Source of the DNA: an uncultured delta proteobacterium | GTDB taxonomy: Bacteria > Myxococcota_A > Polyangia > Haliangiales > Haliangiaceae | Reading direction: 5' to 3' | Length of the DNA stretch: 64,000 bases | Assembly: GCA_963743525.1 (NCBI GenBank) | Contig: CAVUQH010000008.1 | Span: 64,001-128,000 of the forward strand | Shown here: one piece after another, positions 1 through 10,797 of the stretch | How positions within the stretch are numbered: the first letter of the stretch is position 1 | Layout of the letters: every line of letters starts with the position of its first letter | Position numbers and translations under genes: made by a program | The notes under the pieces: model-generated | What the model was told of the DNA's origin: nothing | What the model saw: the letters and a program-made list of their open reading frames with translations, nothing else | Database searches by the model: none

Positions 1-852
1 GGGGAAGCCAAAGTGCACGCCGGCGTCGGCCTTGCTGACCCGCTTCCAGGTCTTGGCGCCGTCGGAGCTGAAGAACACACCGCTGTGGTTCTGCTGCCAG
101 ACGTACTCGGGATGGTTCGCGCACAGGGTCAGGAAGTGCGGGTCGTGGCCCCACTCGGCGGCCGGATCCGGCAGGTAGTCGTTGAGCATCCCCTTGTTGC
201 GGTTGTGCCAGGTGAGGCCACCGTCGGTGGTCTCCAGCACGCCGGCGGTGGAGATGGCGATGAGGATGCGGTCCGGGTTGGTCTGGTCGACGGCGATCGA
301 GTGGATGCCGGGGGCGAACTCGCCGGTGTCGGCGGCCGCCGGGGTGCCGAACCAGTGGGTCATGCCGCTGCCGTCGGACTCGAACAGATCGCCGCCGCGC
401 GACTCGTGGTTCCACAGCGGGCGGTTGAGCTCGAAGCTGTCGCCGCCGTCGGTGCTGGCGAACAGTCCGCCGGGAATGGTGCCGACGTAGACCCGTCCGC
501 CCGGCGCGAAGCCCATCACCCACAGCTTGAGCAGCGTCGCCGACTGCAGGGTCACCGGGCCCGAGTCCGAGCCGTCCTCGCTGGGCGGCGGCGGCACGAA
601 ATGCCGCGCGCCTTCCGGGTATTTCACCTGCGCCGCGTCGGTCCAGGTCTGGCCGTCGTCGGTTGACCGCGACAGCTTGGCGCCCCAGTGGCCGTGGCCC
701 AGCGCCGCCCACAGCGTACCCGACTCGGGATCGCGAGCGATGTAGTTGACGCCCATGCCGCCGTGGCCCAACAGCCGCGGCGTCCAGCGACCGTTCTTCT
801 TGTCGACGGCAAACGCTCCCTTGCGGGTGCCCACCAAGACGCGCTTCGACAT
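1..852 (-). CDS. BNR/Asp-box repeat beta-propeller protein (sialidase/glycosyl hydrolase-like), runs off window start
   Basis: Manual translation from ATG at 852: MSKRVLVGTRKGAF..., Asp-box motifs STDDGQTW, STDGGDSF, TTDGGLTW, SSDGAKTW; absent from the ORF track because it has no stop in the window. Confidence 0.85.
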   Translation of the reverse strand, partial: MSKRVLVGTRKGAFAVDKKNGRWTPRLLGHGGMGVNYIARDPESGTLWAALGHGHWGAKLSRSTDDGQTWTDAAQVKYPEGARHFVPPPPSEDGSDSGPVTLQSATLLKLWVMGFAPGGRVYVGTIPGGLFASTDGGDSFELNRPLWNHESRGGDLFESDGSGMTHWFGTPAAADTGEFAPGIHSIAVDQTNPDRILIAISTAGVLETTDGGLTWHNRNKGMLNDYLPDPAAEWGHDPHFLTLCANHPEYVWQQNHSGVFFSSDGAKTWKRVSKADAGVHFGFP

Positions 853-856
853 GTTC

Positions 857-1135
857 CTATCCTCCGCTGAGCGCCTGCATGATCAGCACGCGCGAATCCG
901 GCTCGACCCGATCGCTCAGGCGGCCGCGGTCCGAGATCATTTGATCGTCGACGAAGACGTTGACGTGACGGCGCAACCTGCCCCGCTCGTCACAGATGTA
1001 GAACGCGATGCCGGGCGCCAACTCGTCCAGCGCGCGCACCACCTCGGCGACGCTGGTCGCGTCGACGGCCAGGTCCTTTCCCTCCAGTGCGGGGAAGAAC
1101 GAGAACAGGTGCCGCGTGAGCTCGACTCGCGCCAT
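857..1135 (-). CDS. MoaD/ThiS family ubiquitin-like sulfur carrier
   Basis: 92 aa, LRRHVNVFVD motif, C-terminal ALSGG. Confidence 0.9.
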   Translation of the reverse strand: MARVELTRHLFSFFPALEGKDLAVDATSVAEVVRALDELAPGIAFYICDERGRLRRHVNVFVDDQMISDRGRLSDRVEPDSRVLIMQALSGG

Positions 1136-1203
1136 CGCCCGCTGATCCTATGCGCGATCGGGCGCCCGAGGTCCACCGCAATCGCGCCGGTTTTCGCCAA
1201 CGG

Positions 1204-2463
1204 CTACGGCGATGTCGCGGGCGGCGTGATGATGCCGGCGCCGCTGTGGCTGCCGACGATCAGCACGTATCCGGCCGAGCCGCCGCCGCCGCCCGCTCCC
1301 GCGCGGCTGGTGACACCGGCGCCACCGGACAGGGTCGTCCCGGCGCTGCCGATCCCCCCGTCGCCCTCGCCGACCATCGGCGAGGCGCCGTCGCCGCCGA
1401 TCGCGGCGACCAGCCCGACGGTGCCGTCGTTGCCCGCACCGCCGGTGGTCGGCGTCGTGCCGATGCGCGCGCCACCGCCGCCGCCGCTGCCGCCGTTGGC
1501 CGAGATCGTTCCATTGATGGTGACGGTCGCGGCCTCGAGGCCGATCATCCCGCCCGAGCCGCCGCCGCCGCCACCCGACTGCACCTCGCCCGGCTCGCCG
1601 CCGGCGCCGGTGGCGCGGAGGGTGCCGGCCGCGGTCACGTCGATCGTGCCCAGCGCGGCCAGGAACAGGGCGCCGCCGGAGGCGCCGCCGGGCCCGCCGT
1701 TGCCGGCGCCGTTGGTGTTGCTCTCGTCGCCGCCGGCATCCCCGGGACAGCCGCCGCGCACCACCTGCGGCGTCGCCGCCGCGGCGCCCGCCGTCCCACC
1801 CGCGGCGGTGCCATCGTTGCCGATGCTGTTGTCGTTGTCGCCGATGCCGCCGTTGCCGCCGACGTCGGCGAAGCTGCCGCCGGCACCGCCACCGGCACCG
1901 CCCGCGTCGTCCTCGGCCGCCGAGGTCGCGGCGCACGAGCTGTCGTCGGCGCCGGCGCCCGGCTGGTCGGGCCGGTAGCTGCTCACGTCGAGCAACCCGG
2001 ACACGCTCAGGTCGCCGTCGGAAAGGATGATCAGCGGGCGCGAGCCGACGCCGCGCAACGAGCCACCGGTCTCGATCGAGAAGGCAGTGACGTGGACCAG
2101 GCAGGCGTTGTTGCCGCCGCCCTGCGGGTAGTTCTTGCAGCGCGAGTCGCTGTCGGTGTCGATGGTCTCGGCGCCGGTGATCCGCCACGAGGCGCCGCCG
2201 CCGCCCTGGTCGCAGTCCGGGAGGAAGATCAGTGGGCAGGCTGCGGCGGCATCGGGCGATCCGGGCGCGGCGTCAGGTGCACCCGGGGCGGCGTCGGCGC
2301 TGCCTCCGCTGCCGCTGTCGGCCGAGGCGACCGGTCCATCGGCGGTGGCACCGAAGCCGCCGTCGTCGAAGGCGACGCCCGATCCGTCGAAGCTGCAACC
2401 GGCGAGCAGCGCCATGAGCAACCCCGTCGGACGATACAGCCTCACAGAGGTAGTGTAGGCCAA
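1204..2463 (-). CDS. Glycine-rich lipoprotein (start uncertain)
   Basis: Lipobox LLAGC, D/A-rich linker, repeated GGGGGSGG motifs. Confidence 0.75.
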   Translation of the reverse strand: MAYTTSVRLYRPTGLLMALLAGCSFDGSGVAFDDGGFGATADGPVASADSGSGGSADAAPGAPDAAPGSPDAAAACPLIFLPDCDQGGGGASWRITGAETIDTDSDSRCKNYPQGGGNNACLVHVTAFSIETGGSLRGVGSRPLIILSDGDLSVSGLLDVSSYRPDQPGAGADDSSCAATSAAEDDAGGAGGGAGGSFADVGGNGGIGDNDNSIGNDGTAAGGTAGAAAATPQVVRGGCPGDAGGDESNTNGAGNGGPGGASGGALFLAALGTIDVTAAGTLRATGAGGEPGEVQSGGGGGGSGGMIGLEAATVTINGTISANGGSGGGGGARIGTTPTTGGAGNDGTVGLVAAIGGDGASPMVGEGDGGIGSAGTTLSGGAGVTSRAGAGGGGGSAGYVLIVGSHSGAGIITPPATSP

Positions 2464-2569
2464 TTGGCGGGTCGACTCCTATCGCCGAATTCGCCCGGCC
2501 GGCCCGAGCTGCCTTCCGCGACTCGGCGCGGCGACGCGACGAAGCGCCGGGCAAGCGCGCCTGAAGCGG

Positions 2570-3442
2570 TCAGCGGACGCGACGGCCGGAGATCGGCACG
2601 TTGGCGCCGACGCAGGTCCAGATGTTCTCGCCGTCGGTGCCGTCCTCGACGATCTGATACGAGCTGGTCACCGCCGTACCGGTCAGCTCGTTGCCCGAGA
2701 AGGTCAGCTCGAGGCTCACCGACGTCGTTCCGTCGCCGAGGTCGACGGCGGCGGTGCACGGGCCGCCACGAGTCACCGCAGAGTCGGCCCACGCCTCCTT
2801 GTACGGCAGCTGCGGCTCGCGCAGCGTGACGGCCAGGTCGTGGCCGAACGGCTCGACGCGCACGTATAGCGGCGACGCCAGATCCGGCGCCCCGCTGCAG
2901 TCGCGGTCGTCGTCGCGGTCCTCGTTGATCCAGGCGACCGCGGGATCGAAGCGCAGCTCGTAGATGCCGGGAACGATGCAGGCCGCGTCCGCATGGGGCG
3001 GGCCGTCGTCGCGCACGCCGTGGATCGCCTGCTGCTTGTCGCCGGCGACGATCGCGTGCGTGCGCGTCAGCGTGCCGGTGAAGCTGCTGGTTCGCGGATC
3101 GAGAGCCAGGGCGACGGCGATGTCACCGCCGGCCGCGGTCGTGGCGTTCAGTGCCAGCGTGCACCGCTTCGGATCGGTGGTGACCGCGATCGGCCCGCCG
3201 CGGAGGCCGAGCATGTCGACCCCTTCGATCAGCGTCGCCGTGCGACCGGCGACTTTGACGCGAAACCACCAGCCGTCGTGGCCGTTGGAGCGGAAGCGAA
3301 ACCGATAGGTCCCGTCGAGGGTGCAGCCCGCGGCGGCCGGCGCTGGTTGCGCGACGCGCGGCGACGCCGGCGCAGGCGCTCGAGCGGGAGGCGGGCCGCA
3401 GCCGATTGCGGCGGCAACGACCGCGGTGGCGACGACGCGCAT
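2570..3442 (-). CDS. Hypothetical lipoprotein
   Basis: Signal peptide ending AAIGC, Pro/Ala linker, two beta-rich halves. Confidence 0.7.
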   Translation of the reverse strand: MRVVATAVVAAAIGCGPPPARAPAPASPRVAQPAPAAAGCTLDGTYRFRFRSNGHDGWWFRVKVAGRTATLIEGVDMLGLRGGPIAVTTDPKRCTLALNATTAAGGDIAVALALDPRTSSFTGTLTRTHAIVAGDKQQAIHGVRDDGPPHADAACIVPGIYELRFDPAVAWINEDRDDDRDCSGAPDLASPLYVRVEPFGHDLAVTLREPQLPYKEAWADSAVTRGGPCTAAVDLGDGTTSVSLELTFSGNELTGTAVTSSYQIVEDGTDGENIWTCVGANVPISGRRVR

Positions 3443-3613
3443 CTAGAACAGGTCGGTGACCTTGTCGAGGCCGGGAACCTTGTCGGCCAGGCCGCTCTTG
3501 CCGATCCATCCCGGGATGTCGTCGATGTGCTCGACGATGAAGTTGGCCACCGTCCTGGCCTGCTCCTCGCTGAGGCCGCACTTGTCGACGATTTTCGCGA
3601 TCATCTCTTCCAT
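3443..3613 (-). CDS. 56-aa hypothetical protein (not in ORF track)
   Basis: MEEMIAKIVDKCGLSEEQARTVANFIVEHIDDIPGWIGKSGLADKVPGLDKVTDLF; strong GC3 bias; TAG abuts the next ATG; TAGACT 7 nt upstream. Confidence 0.75.
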   Translation of the reverse strand: MEEMIAKIVDKCGLSEEQARTVANFIVEHIDDIPGWIGKSGLADKVPGLDKVTDLF

Positions 3614-3649
3614 GGCCGGCAGTCTAGCCCAGGGATCGCGGCGGGCGGC

Positions 3650-4297
3650 CTAGCTTTTGCGCAGGATCTGGTCGGCGCCGGGAATCGTCACGGCGATGCC
3701 GCCAATCGCCATCGCGACGATCTCGGCGACGGGAAGATCGCGGTGCTCGATCCAGTCGAGGGCGAGGGCTTCGACCAGCCCGATCCAGCCGCGCAACGCC
3801 GCGCGCAAGCGGGGCGGATCGGCGCCGCCGGCGACTCCCGCGATCAGCGGCTCGATGTGTTCGCGGATGGTGTCGACGAAGCGGCGGCGCGTGCTCTCGA
3901 CCAGCTCTTGCACCACCGGGTCGAAGCCGACGCCGCCGCGGAGCAGGGTGGCGTAGGCGCCCGCGTGCTGATCGACGAAGCGGAAGTAGGCGTGCAGACC
4001 AGCCTCCAGTCGCTCGGCCGGCGGGCCGTCGCCCTCGGTCACGGTCTGCTCGAGCAGCGCCTCGGCGGCGCGGCCGAGCACGGCGACGTAGTAGTCGTGC
4101 TTGCTGGCGAAGTAGTGGAACAGCAGGCTGCGCGAGATACCCGCCTGCTCGGCAATCTCGTCGATCGACACGGCGTCGTACGACCGGTCGGCGAACGCCC
4201 GCAGCCCCAGATCGAGCAGCTGGCGGCGCCGATCCGCGACGCTCAGGCGAACCCGTGGGCTGCGTTTCTTCTGGGTTTTTGCCGGCATGGAAGCCAT
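3650..4297 (-). CDS. TetR/AcrR family transcriptional regulator
   Basis: HTH SIDEIAEQAGISRSLLFHYFASK. Confidence 0.93.
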   Translation of the reverse strand: MASMPAKTQKKRSPRVRLSVADRRRQLLDLGLRAFADRSYDAVSIDEIAEQAGISRSLLFHYFASKHDYYVAVLGRAAEALLEQTVTEGDGPPAERLEAGLHAYFRFVDQHAGAYATLLRGGVGFDPVVQELVESTRRRFVDTIREHIEPLIAGVAGGADPPRLRAALRGWIGLVEALALDWIEHRDLPVAEIVAMAIGGIAVTIPGADQILRKS

Positions 4298-4319
4298 CCG
4301 TAACCCCAGTCTACAAAAC

Positions 4320-4369
4320 TATTGACTCATGCTCAATAGCGCTGGCATCTTATTGAGCATGAGTCAATA
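4320..4369. promoter_or_regulatory. Double TetR-type operator (19-bp perfect inverted repeat) overlapping a divergent promoter
   Basis: TATTGACTCATGCTCAATA (4320-4338) and exact reverse complement TATTGAGCATGAGTCAATA (4351-4369); contains TTGACT (-35-like) and covers the ATG at 4359. Confidence 0.8.
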
Positions 4370-6716
4370 CGAAGTCCCCCACTCCTCGGTAGCCATCCTC
4401 GGCAGTGGCTTCTCCGGCCTGGCCATGGCCGTCGAGCTTTCGCGCGCCGGCATCGACGACTTCGTCATCCTCGAGCGCTCCGCCACCCTGGGTGGCACCT
4501 GGCGCGACAATCACTACCCCGGCTGCGTCTGCGACGTGCCGTCGCACCTGTACTCGTTTTCGTTCGCGCCCAAGGCCGACTGGTCGTGCGTGTTCGCCCC
4601 GCAGGCCGAGATCCGCGCCTACCTCGAGAAGTGCGCCGACGACTTCGACGTGCGCCGCCACATCCAGTTCGAGACCAACGTCGCCGAGGCGCGATGGGAC
4701 GAGATCAACATGCGCTGGCACCTGCGCACCGGCGACGGTCGCGAGCGCACCGCCAACGCCGTGGTCCTGGGCATCGGCGCGCTGTCCAACCCGGCCATCC
4801 CCGAGCTGCCCGGCCTCGATCGCTTCCGCGGCGCCCAGTTCCACTCTGCCGAGTGGGACCACGACTACGACCTCACCGGCAAACGCGTCGCCGTGATCGG
4901 CACCGGCGCCAGCGCGATTCAGTTCGTGCCGCAGATTCAGCCCCAGGTCGACCAGCTGTTCGTCGTCCAGCGGACGCCGCCGTGGATCCTGCCCAAGCCG
5001 GACCGCCCCTACACCGACCGCGAGAAGCGCGCCTTCGCCTCGGTGCCCGGTCTGCGCTGGCTGTACCGGCAGTCGATCTTCGCCCGCCTCGAGGGTCGGT
5101 TCATCGGCCTCAGTCACCCGGTGCTGCTGGGCGTGGCCGAGCGCGAGGGCAAGCGCCACATCGCCCGCTACATCGACGACCCGGAGCTGCGCGCCAAGGT
5201 CACGCCGACCTACAAGCCGGGCTGCAAGCGGGTGCTCCTGTCCAATGACTACTACCCGGCGCTGGCGGCGCCCAACGTCGAGGTGATCGATCAGAGCATC
5301 TCCGAGGTCGGCAAGAAGTCGATCACCTTTGCCGACGGGCGGACCATCGAGGTCGACGCCATCATCTACGGCACCGGCTTCAAGGTGCACGACTACCTCG
5401 GCGGCATCCGCATCTACGGCGCCGGCGGTGAGAACCTGGGCGAGCGCTGGACCGAGACCGGCGCGCAGGCGTACCTGGGCACGACCGTCGCCGGCTGTCC
5501 CAACCTGTTCTTCCTGATGGGGCCCAACACCGGTCTCGGCCACAACTCGATGGTCGCCATGATCGAAGGGCAGGCCCACTACGCCCGCCAGGCGATCGAG
5601 CTGCTCCACCGCGGCCGCGCCGACGCCATCGAGCCGCGGCGCGAGCGCCAGGACGACTACAACCGGTGGATCGACCAGCGCAACGCGACCACCGTCTGGG
5701 CCTCGGGTTGCCGCAGCTGGTACCTCGACGAGCAGGGCCGCAACACCACCTTGTGGCCGGGCTTCGTCTCCACCTTCCGCGCGCGGACCGTGCGCTTGCG
5801 TCCGGGTGACTTCGAGCTGCGCAAGCGCTCGGCCGGGCCGCTGGACGGCAAGGTCGTCGTCATCACCGGCGCCGCTCGCGGCATCGGTGCCGAGACCGCG
5901 CGGCGGGCGGCGGCGCGCGGCGCACGCGTGGCGCTGCTCGGCCTCGAGCCCGAGCGGCTGGCCGAGGTCGCCCGCGAGCTGGGCCCGCAGCACGCCTGGT
6001 TCGAGTGCGACGTCACCGATCAGGCGGCGCTGGAGCGGGCCGTGGACGGCGCCGTGCGCCACTTCGGCGGCATCGACGTGGTCGTCGCCAACGCCGGCAT
6101 CGCCAACAACGGCACCGTCGCGGTCAATCCCGCCGACGCCCTGGCGCGCACCATCGACGTCAACCTGACCGGCGTCATTCGCACCGTCAGCGTGACGCTA
6201 CCGCACGTGACCGAGCGGCGCGGCTACTACCTGATCGTGTCGTCGGCCTCGGCGCTGCGGCCGCTACCCGGACTGTCGGCCTACGCCGCGTCCAAGGTCG
6301 GCGTCGAATATTTCGCCTCGGCGCTGCGCCTCGAGCTGGCGCACAAGGGCGTCGCGGTCGGCGTCGGCGTGCCGTGCTGGATCGACACCGATCTCGTGCG
6401 CGATCAGCAGCAGGAGCTCGACAGCTTCAACGAGCTTCTGCGCCGGCTGCCCGGGCCGTTCGGCACCGTGACCTCGGTCGACGAGTGTGCCGACGCCTTC
6501 GTCCGCGCCATCGAGCGCCGCGAGCGGGCCACCTACGTGCCCAGGTCGTTGCGCTGGTTCGCGCCGATTCGCTCGCTGCTGTCGACCGCACCGGCCGACT
6601 GGCTGATGGCCCGCCAGACGCGGAGCTTCATCCCCCGTCTCGAGGCCGACGTCCGCGCGCTCGGCCGCGCCTTTGGCCGCCAGAGCGTCGGCGCCCGGCG
6701 CGACCAGGCGGCGTGA
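4359..6716 (+). CDS. Baeyer-Villiger/flavin monooxygenase fused to C-terminal short-chain dehydrogenase
   Basis: GSGFSG, GGTWRDNHYPG, FHSAEWDH, GTGASA; then TGAARGIG, NAG, YAASK. Confidence 0.9.
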   Translation: MSQYEVPHSSVAILGSGFSGLAMAVELSRAGIDDFVILERSATLGGTWRDNHYPGCVCDVPSHLYSFSFAPKADWSCVFAPQAEIRAYLEKCADDFDVRRHIQFETNVAEARWDEINMRWHLRTGDGRERTANAVVLGIGALSNPAIPELPGLDRFRGAQFHSAEWDHDYDLTGKRVAVIGTGASAIQFVPQIQPQVDQLFVVQRTPPWILPKPDRPYTDREKRAFASVPGLRWLYRQSIFARLEGRFIGLSHPVLLGVAEREGKRHIARYIDDPELRAKVTPTYKPGCKRVLLSNDYYPALAAPNVEVIDQSISEVGKKSITFADGRTIEVDAIIYGTGFKVHDYLGGIRIYGAGGENLGERWTETGAQAYLGTTVAGCPNLFFLMGPNTGLGHNSMVAMIEGQAHYARQAIELLHRGRADAIEPRRERQDDYNRWIDQRNATTVWASGCRSWYLDEQGRNTTLWPGFVSTFRARTVRLRPGDFELRKRSAGPLDGKVVVITGAARGIGAETARRAAARGARVALLGLEPERLAEVARELGPQHAWFECDVTDQAALERAVDGAVRHFGGIDVVVANAGIANNGTVAVNPADALARTIDVNLTGVIRTVSVTLPHVTERRGYYLIVSSASALRPLPGLSAYAASKVGVEYFASALRLELAHKGVAVGVGVPCWIDTDLVRDQQQELDSFNELLRRLPGPFGTVTSVDECADAFVRAIERRERATYVPRSLRWFAPIRSLLSTAPADWLMARQTRSFIPRLEADVRALGRAFGRQSVGARRDQAA

Positions 6717-6718
6717 GA

Positions 6719-7780
<1,062 letters not shown>

Positions 7781-7783
<3 letters not shown>

Positions 7784-7805
7784 GCCGGGTAAGGTACCGC
7801 TTGTG
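7781..7805. promoter_or_regulatory. Overlapping bidirectional -10 elements for two divergent leaderless genes
   Basis: TAAGGT (+, 7790-7795) 7 nt before GTG 7803; TACCTT (-, 7796-7791) 7 nt before ATG 7783. Confidence 0.6.
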
Positions 7806-8762
7806 CGGCGCTACGTCTTCAGCGAGCTGCTGTCCATCGACCGGCTGCTGGCGCCGGACACCCTGGCGCTGCTGGCGGTACGTCGCATCCAGCTGTACGT
7901 CGCCATCACGCCGCCGGTGCGCCGCCGCGCGGTCGAGGTCGTCGACGCCTGCGGCGCGGCCGGGGTCGCGGTCGGGCTGTGGCCGATGATCGACGACGAT
8001 CGCGGACGCTGGGCCAGCGCCTGGACCGGCGGCGCCTTCGCCGACTACACCCGCGAGCTGGTCACCGAGCTCGACGCCGCCGGCCGCCTCCCCGACGAGC
8101 TGCTGATCGATCTCGAGCCGCCGATCGCCCTGACCCGCGCGCTATTGGCCAAGGGCCGGCCCGATCCACACCGACCGCCGCCGCGCGCCGGCGCTCGCGC
8201 CCTGCGCCAGCTGGTCGGCGAGCTCGACCGCGCCGGCCTGGCGGTCACCGCGGCGGCCCATCCGTGGGCGGTGTGCGGCGCCGGCGCTCGCGGCTGGCAG
8301 CGGGCGATGGGCACGCCGGTCGACGGCCTGCCGTTTCGCCGCGTCTTCGCCATGGCCTACACCTCGCTGATCGAGGGCTACAGCCGCGGCTTGCTCCGCC
8401 GCCGCGACGCGGAGGCGATGCTGGCCGCATGGACCCGCGGCGCGCGGGCGCACCTGGGCGCGGTCACCGGCGTCGCGCTCGGCGCGGTCGGCGTCGGTGC
8501 TCTGGGCGACGAGCGCTGCTACCGCGATCCCGGCGAGCTCGGCCGCGACGTCGCCATCGCCGGTGCCGCCGGCGCCGAGCAGCTGGCGCTGTTCGATCTG
8601 GCCGGCGTTCTCGATCGGCCACCCGCCGCGGCCTGGCTCGACGCGCTGTGCACCGACGGCGACGTCGCGCCGCCGCCGCGCACGGCTCGGGTGCGCGCGC
8701 TGCTCGGCACGACGGCGGTCGCCGGCCGAGTGCTGGACCGGCTGCTGCCCCGCCCGCGATAG
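7803..8762 (+). CDS. Hypothetical protein (possible TIM-barrel/glycoside hydrolase-like)
   Basis: Long ORF, alternating beta/alpha pattern, LLIDLEP motif. Confidence 0.6.
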   Translation: MRRYVFSELLSIDRLLAPDTLALLAVRRIQLYVAITPPVRRRAVEVVDACGAAGVAVGLWPMIDDDRGRWASAWTGGAFADYTRELVTELDAAGRLPDELLIDLEPPIALTRALLAKGRPDPHRPPPRAGARALRQLVGELDRAGLAVTAAAHPWAVCGAGARGWQRAMGTPVDGLPFRRVFAMAYTSLIEGYSRGLLRRRDAEAMLAAWTRGARAHLGAVTGVALGAVGVGALGDERCYRDPGELGRDVAIAGAAGAEQLALFDLAGVLDRPPAAAWLDALCTDGDVAPPPRTARVRALLGTTAVAGRVLDRLLPRPR

Positions 8763-8842
8763 CCGCGCTGCGAAATCGGTGCAGGGATCGACTGCCTTGC
8801 GCACATGGTGCGCGAATGATCGGAGCCGAGCGCCATCGTTGC

Positions 8843-8858
8843 TGGCATGCACATCGCA
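8843..8858 (+). promoter_or_regulatory. Sigma-54 (-24/-12) promoter
   Basis: TGGCATGCACATCGCA, GG-N10-GC. Confidence 0.55.
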
Positions 8859-8882
8859 GGTTCTCCCGCCCAGGAGCCGCCG

Positions 8883-9050
8883 ATGGTTCATCCGCTCGAG
8901 CGCATCCACCCGCGCAATCTCAAGACCCTCGCGCACCACGTTCAGCAGCTGCTCGAGCGTCGCCTGTGGGCCAAGATCCTCGTGGGAATGCTCCTGGGGT
9001 TGCGGCGCCAGCTGGGCACCGACGTCTTGACCGACGAATCGGCGAGCTAG
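8883..9050 (+). pseudogene. Probable N-terminal remnant of a dicarboxylate/amino acid:cation symporter
   Basis: AGGAG RBS, MVHPLE...RLWAKILVGMLLG resembles the first TM helix of DAACS transporters, then ends at the convergent gene. Confidence 0.45.
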
Positions 9051-10547
9051 GCGCCGAAGCAGTAGCTGCGCGCCAGCTCGGTGAACGCCCGGCGCGACGC
9101 GGCGTGGGTGTAGAACATGTGTCCGCCGGCGAAGTGCTGGGTGCGCAGCTTCTCCTGCTGCGACGGCAGCAGCTTCATCAGCCGGACCAGGCGATCGCAC
9201 GATGCGTACGGCGTGACCAGGTCGTAGTAGCCGTGGCTGATGAGCACGCGCATGTCCGGGTTGAGCGACATGCCGTAGCGCAGCTCGTCGAGCGAGCCCA
9301 GCGCCTGGCTGATCATGTGCTCCATGCCGTCGTCGCGCCAGGCCATGTTGGCCTCCAGGTTGAGGAGGATGTAGTCGAGCTCGGTCTTTACGCCCAGGTC
9401 TTCGCGCAGGTGCGCGTTGACGCCGGAGGCGAACGCCCGCGTCGAGCCCTGCAGCGTCGGGTCGGGACCGACGTAGCTTTCGCGGTCGGGGAACGGATCG
9501 ACGGCGGTGACCGAGCCGTCGTACATGCCGACCCACAGCCGCTTGTCGCGCAGCAGCGCGCGGCAGTATTGCTCGCGGGTCACCCGGCCGAGCGACTCGG
9601 CGAGCATGGCGACGGGCAGGCCGATCAGCGCGGCTGCGCGCTCGCAGATGGCGCGGCGGCGATCCTCGGGCATGCGCTCGCCCTGGGCCAGCAGGTTGAC
9701 CCAGTCGCCGACCGCCAGCTCTTCGGCGGCGGCGCGGTGGGCTTCGAACGAGGTCCCCGCGCCGGCGACGCCGTGGGCGTGCGCGGTGGCGGCGAACGCC
9801 GGCAGCATCTCGATCCAGTGCTCGAGGTTGTAGTCGGTGCCGAGCAGCCCGGCGAACTCGATGCCCGGCGAGATCAAGAATCGACGCGATCAGCCCGACG
9901 CCGAAATCTTCCTGCAGCGTGCGCGCGAGCCGGGCCACGCGGAAGCCGCCGTAGCTCTCGCCGGCGATGGCGATGGGCGAGCGCCAGCGGCCGTGGGTCG
10001 ACAGGATGCGGGTGATCACCTCACCGACCGACTCGAGGTCGCGCTTGACCTGCCAGAACTCGCTCGGCTTGGGCTTGCCGTCCTTGTTCTTGGCCGCGTC
10101 CTCGTCCTTGTCGTGCTCTTGCGTGCGCGAGAAGCCGGTGCCGATCGGATCGATGCAGACGACGTCGGTGAACGCCAGCCAGGTCTCGAGGTTGTCGGTC
10201 AGCCGGACCGGCGGCGGCGGCTGGTGGCCGTCGTCGGCGAACGCCACCCGCACGGGTCCGATCGCGCCCATGTGCAGGTACGCCGACGCCGCGCCGGGTC
10301 CGCCGTTGAAGATGAACGTCAGCGGCCGCGTCGCCGGGTCTGCGCCGACGGCGAAATAGCCGGTGTAGAACAAGCTGGCGATCGGCTCGTCGCGCTTGCG
10401 CAGGACGATCCAGTCGGCGACGGTGCGATAGGGCAGAGCCTTGCCCGCCAGCACGATCTCCCGCTCGAGGTCGGCGCCGGTGCCGAGCGACTTGACCTTG
10501 GTCTCGGGGTCTGACTTCGGGGTGGCCTCTGAGGTCGGTTCGCCCAT
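9047..10547 (-). CDS. Serine carboxypeptidase S10 family (frameshift near 9877)
   Basis: FNGGPGAAS, IDPIGTGFS, GESYGG in one frame; GYYDLVTP and GGHMFY in the next. Confidence 0.88.
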
Positions 10548-10797
10548 GGCCGATCGCATAACACGGGGCGCGCCCGCACGGCGAGCAAACGGCGTATTCT
10601 GCGGCCCCATGCGCCGATGGCTCCTCGGCTTCATCCTGTCGTGCGGGTGCTGCGGCTCCCCCGCGGTGCGACCCTCCCAGCCGCCGGCGCCGCCCGCTTC
10701 TGCGTCGAAAGCGGTCGCGGCGCAGGCTCGGCCGATCAGCGACGACGACACGCGCACCGTGACCGACGTGCGACCGTTCAACAGCGGACTCGACTCG

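Noticed and set aside
2476..2488. CTCCTATCGCCGA shared with about 48797-48809
   Set aside because: A 13-bp match is expected by chance in 64 kb of GC-rich DNA, and it does not extend.
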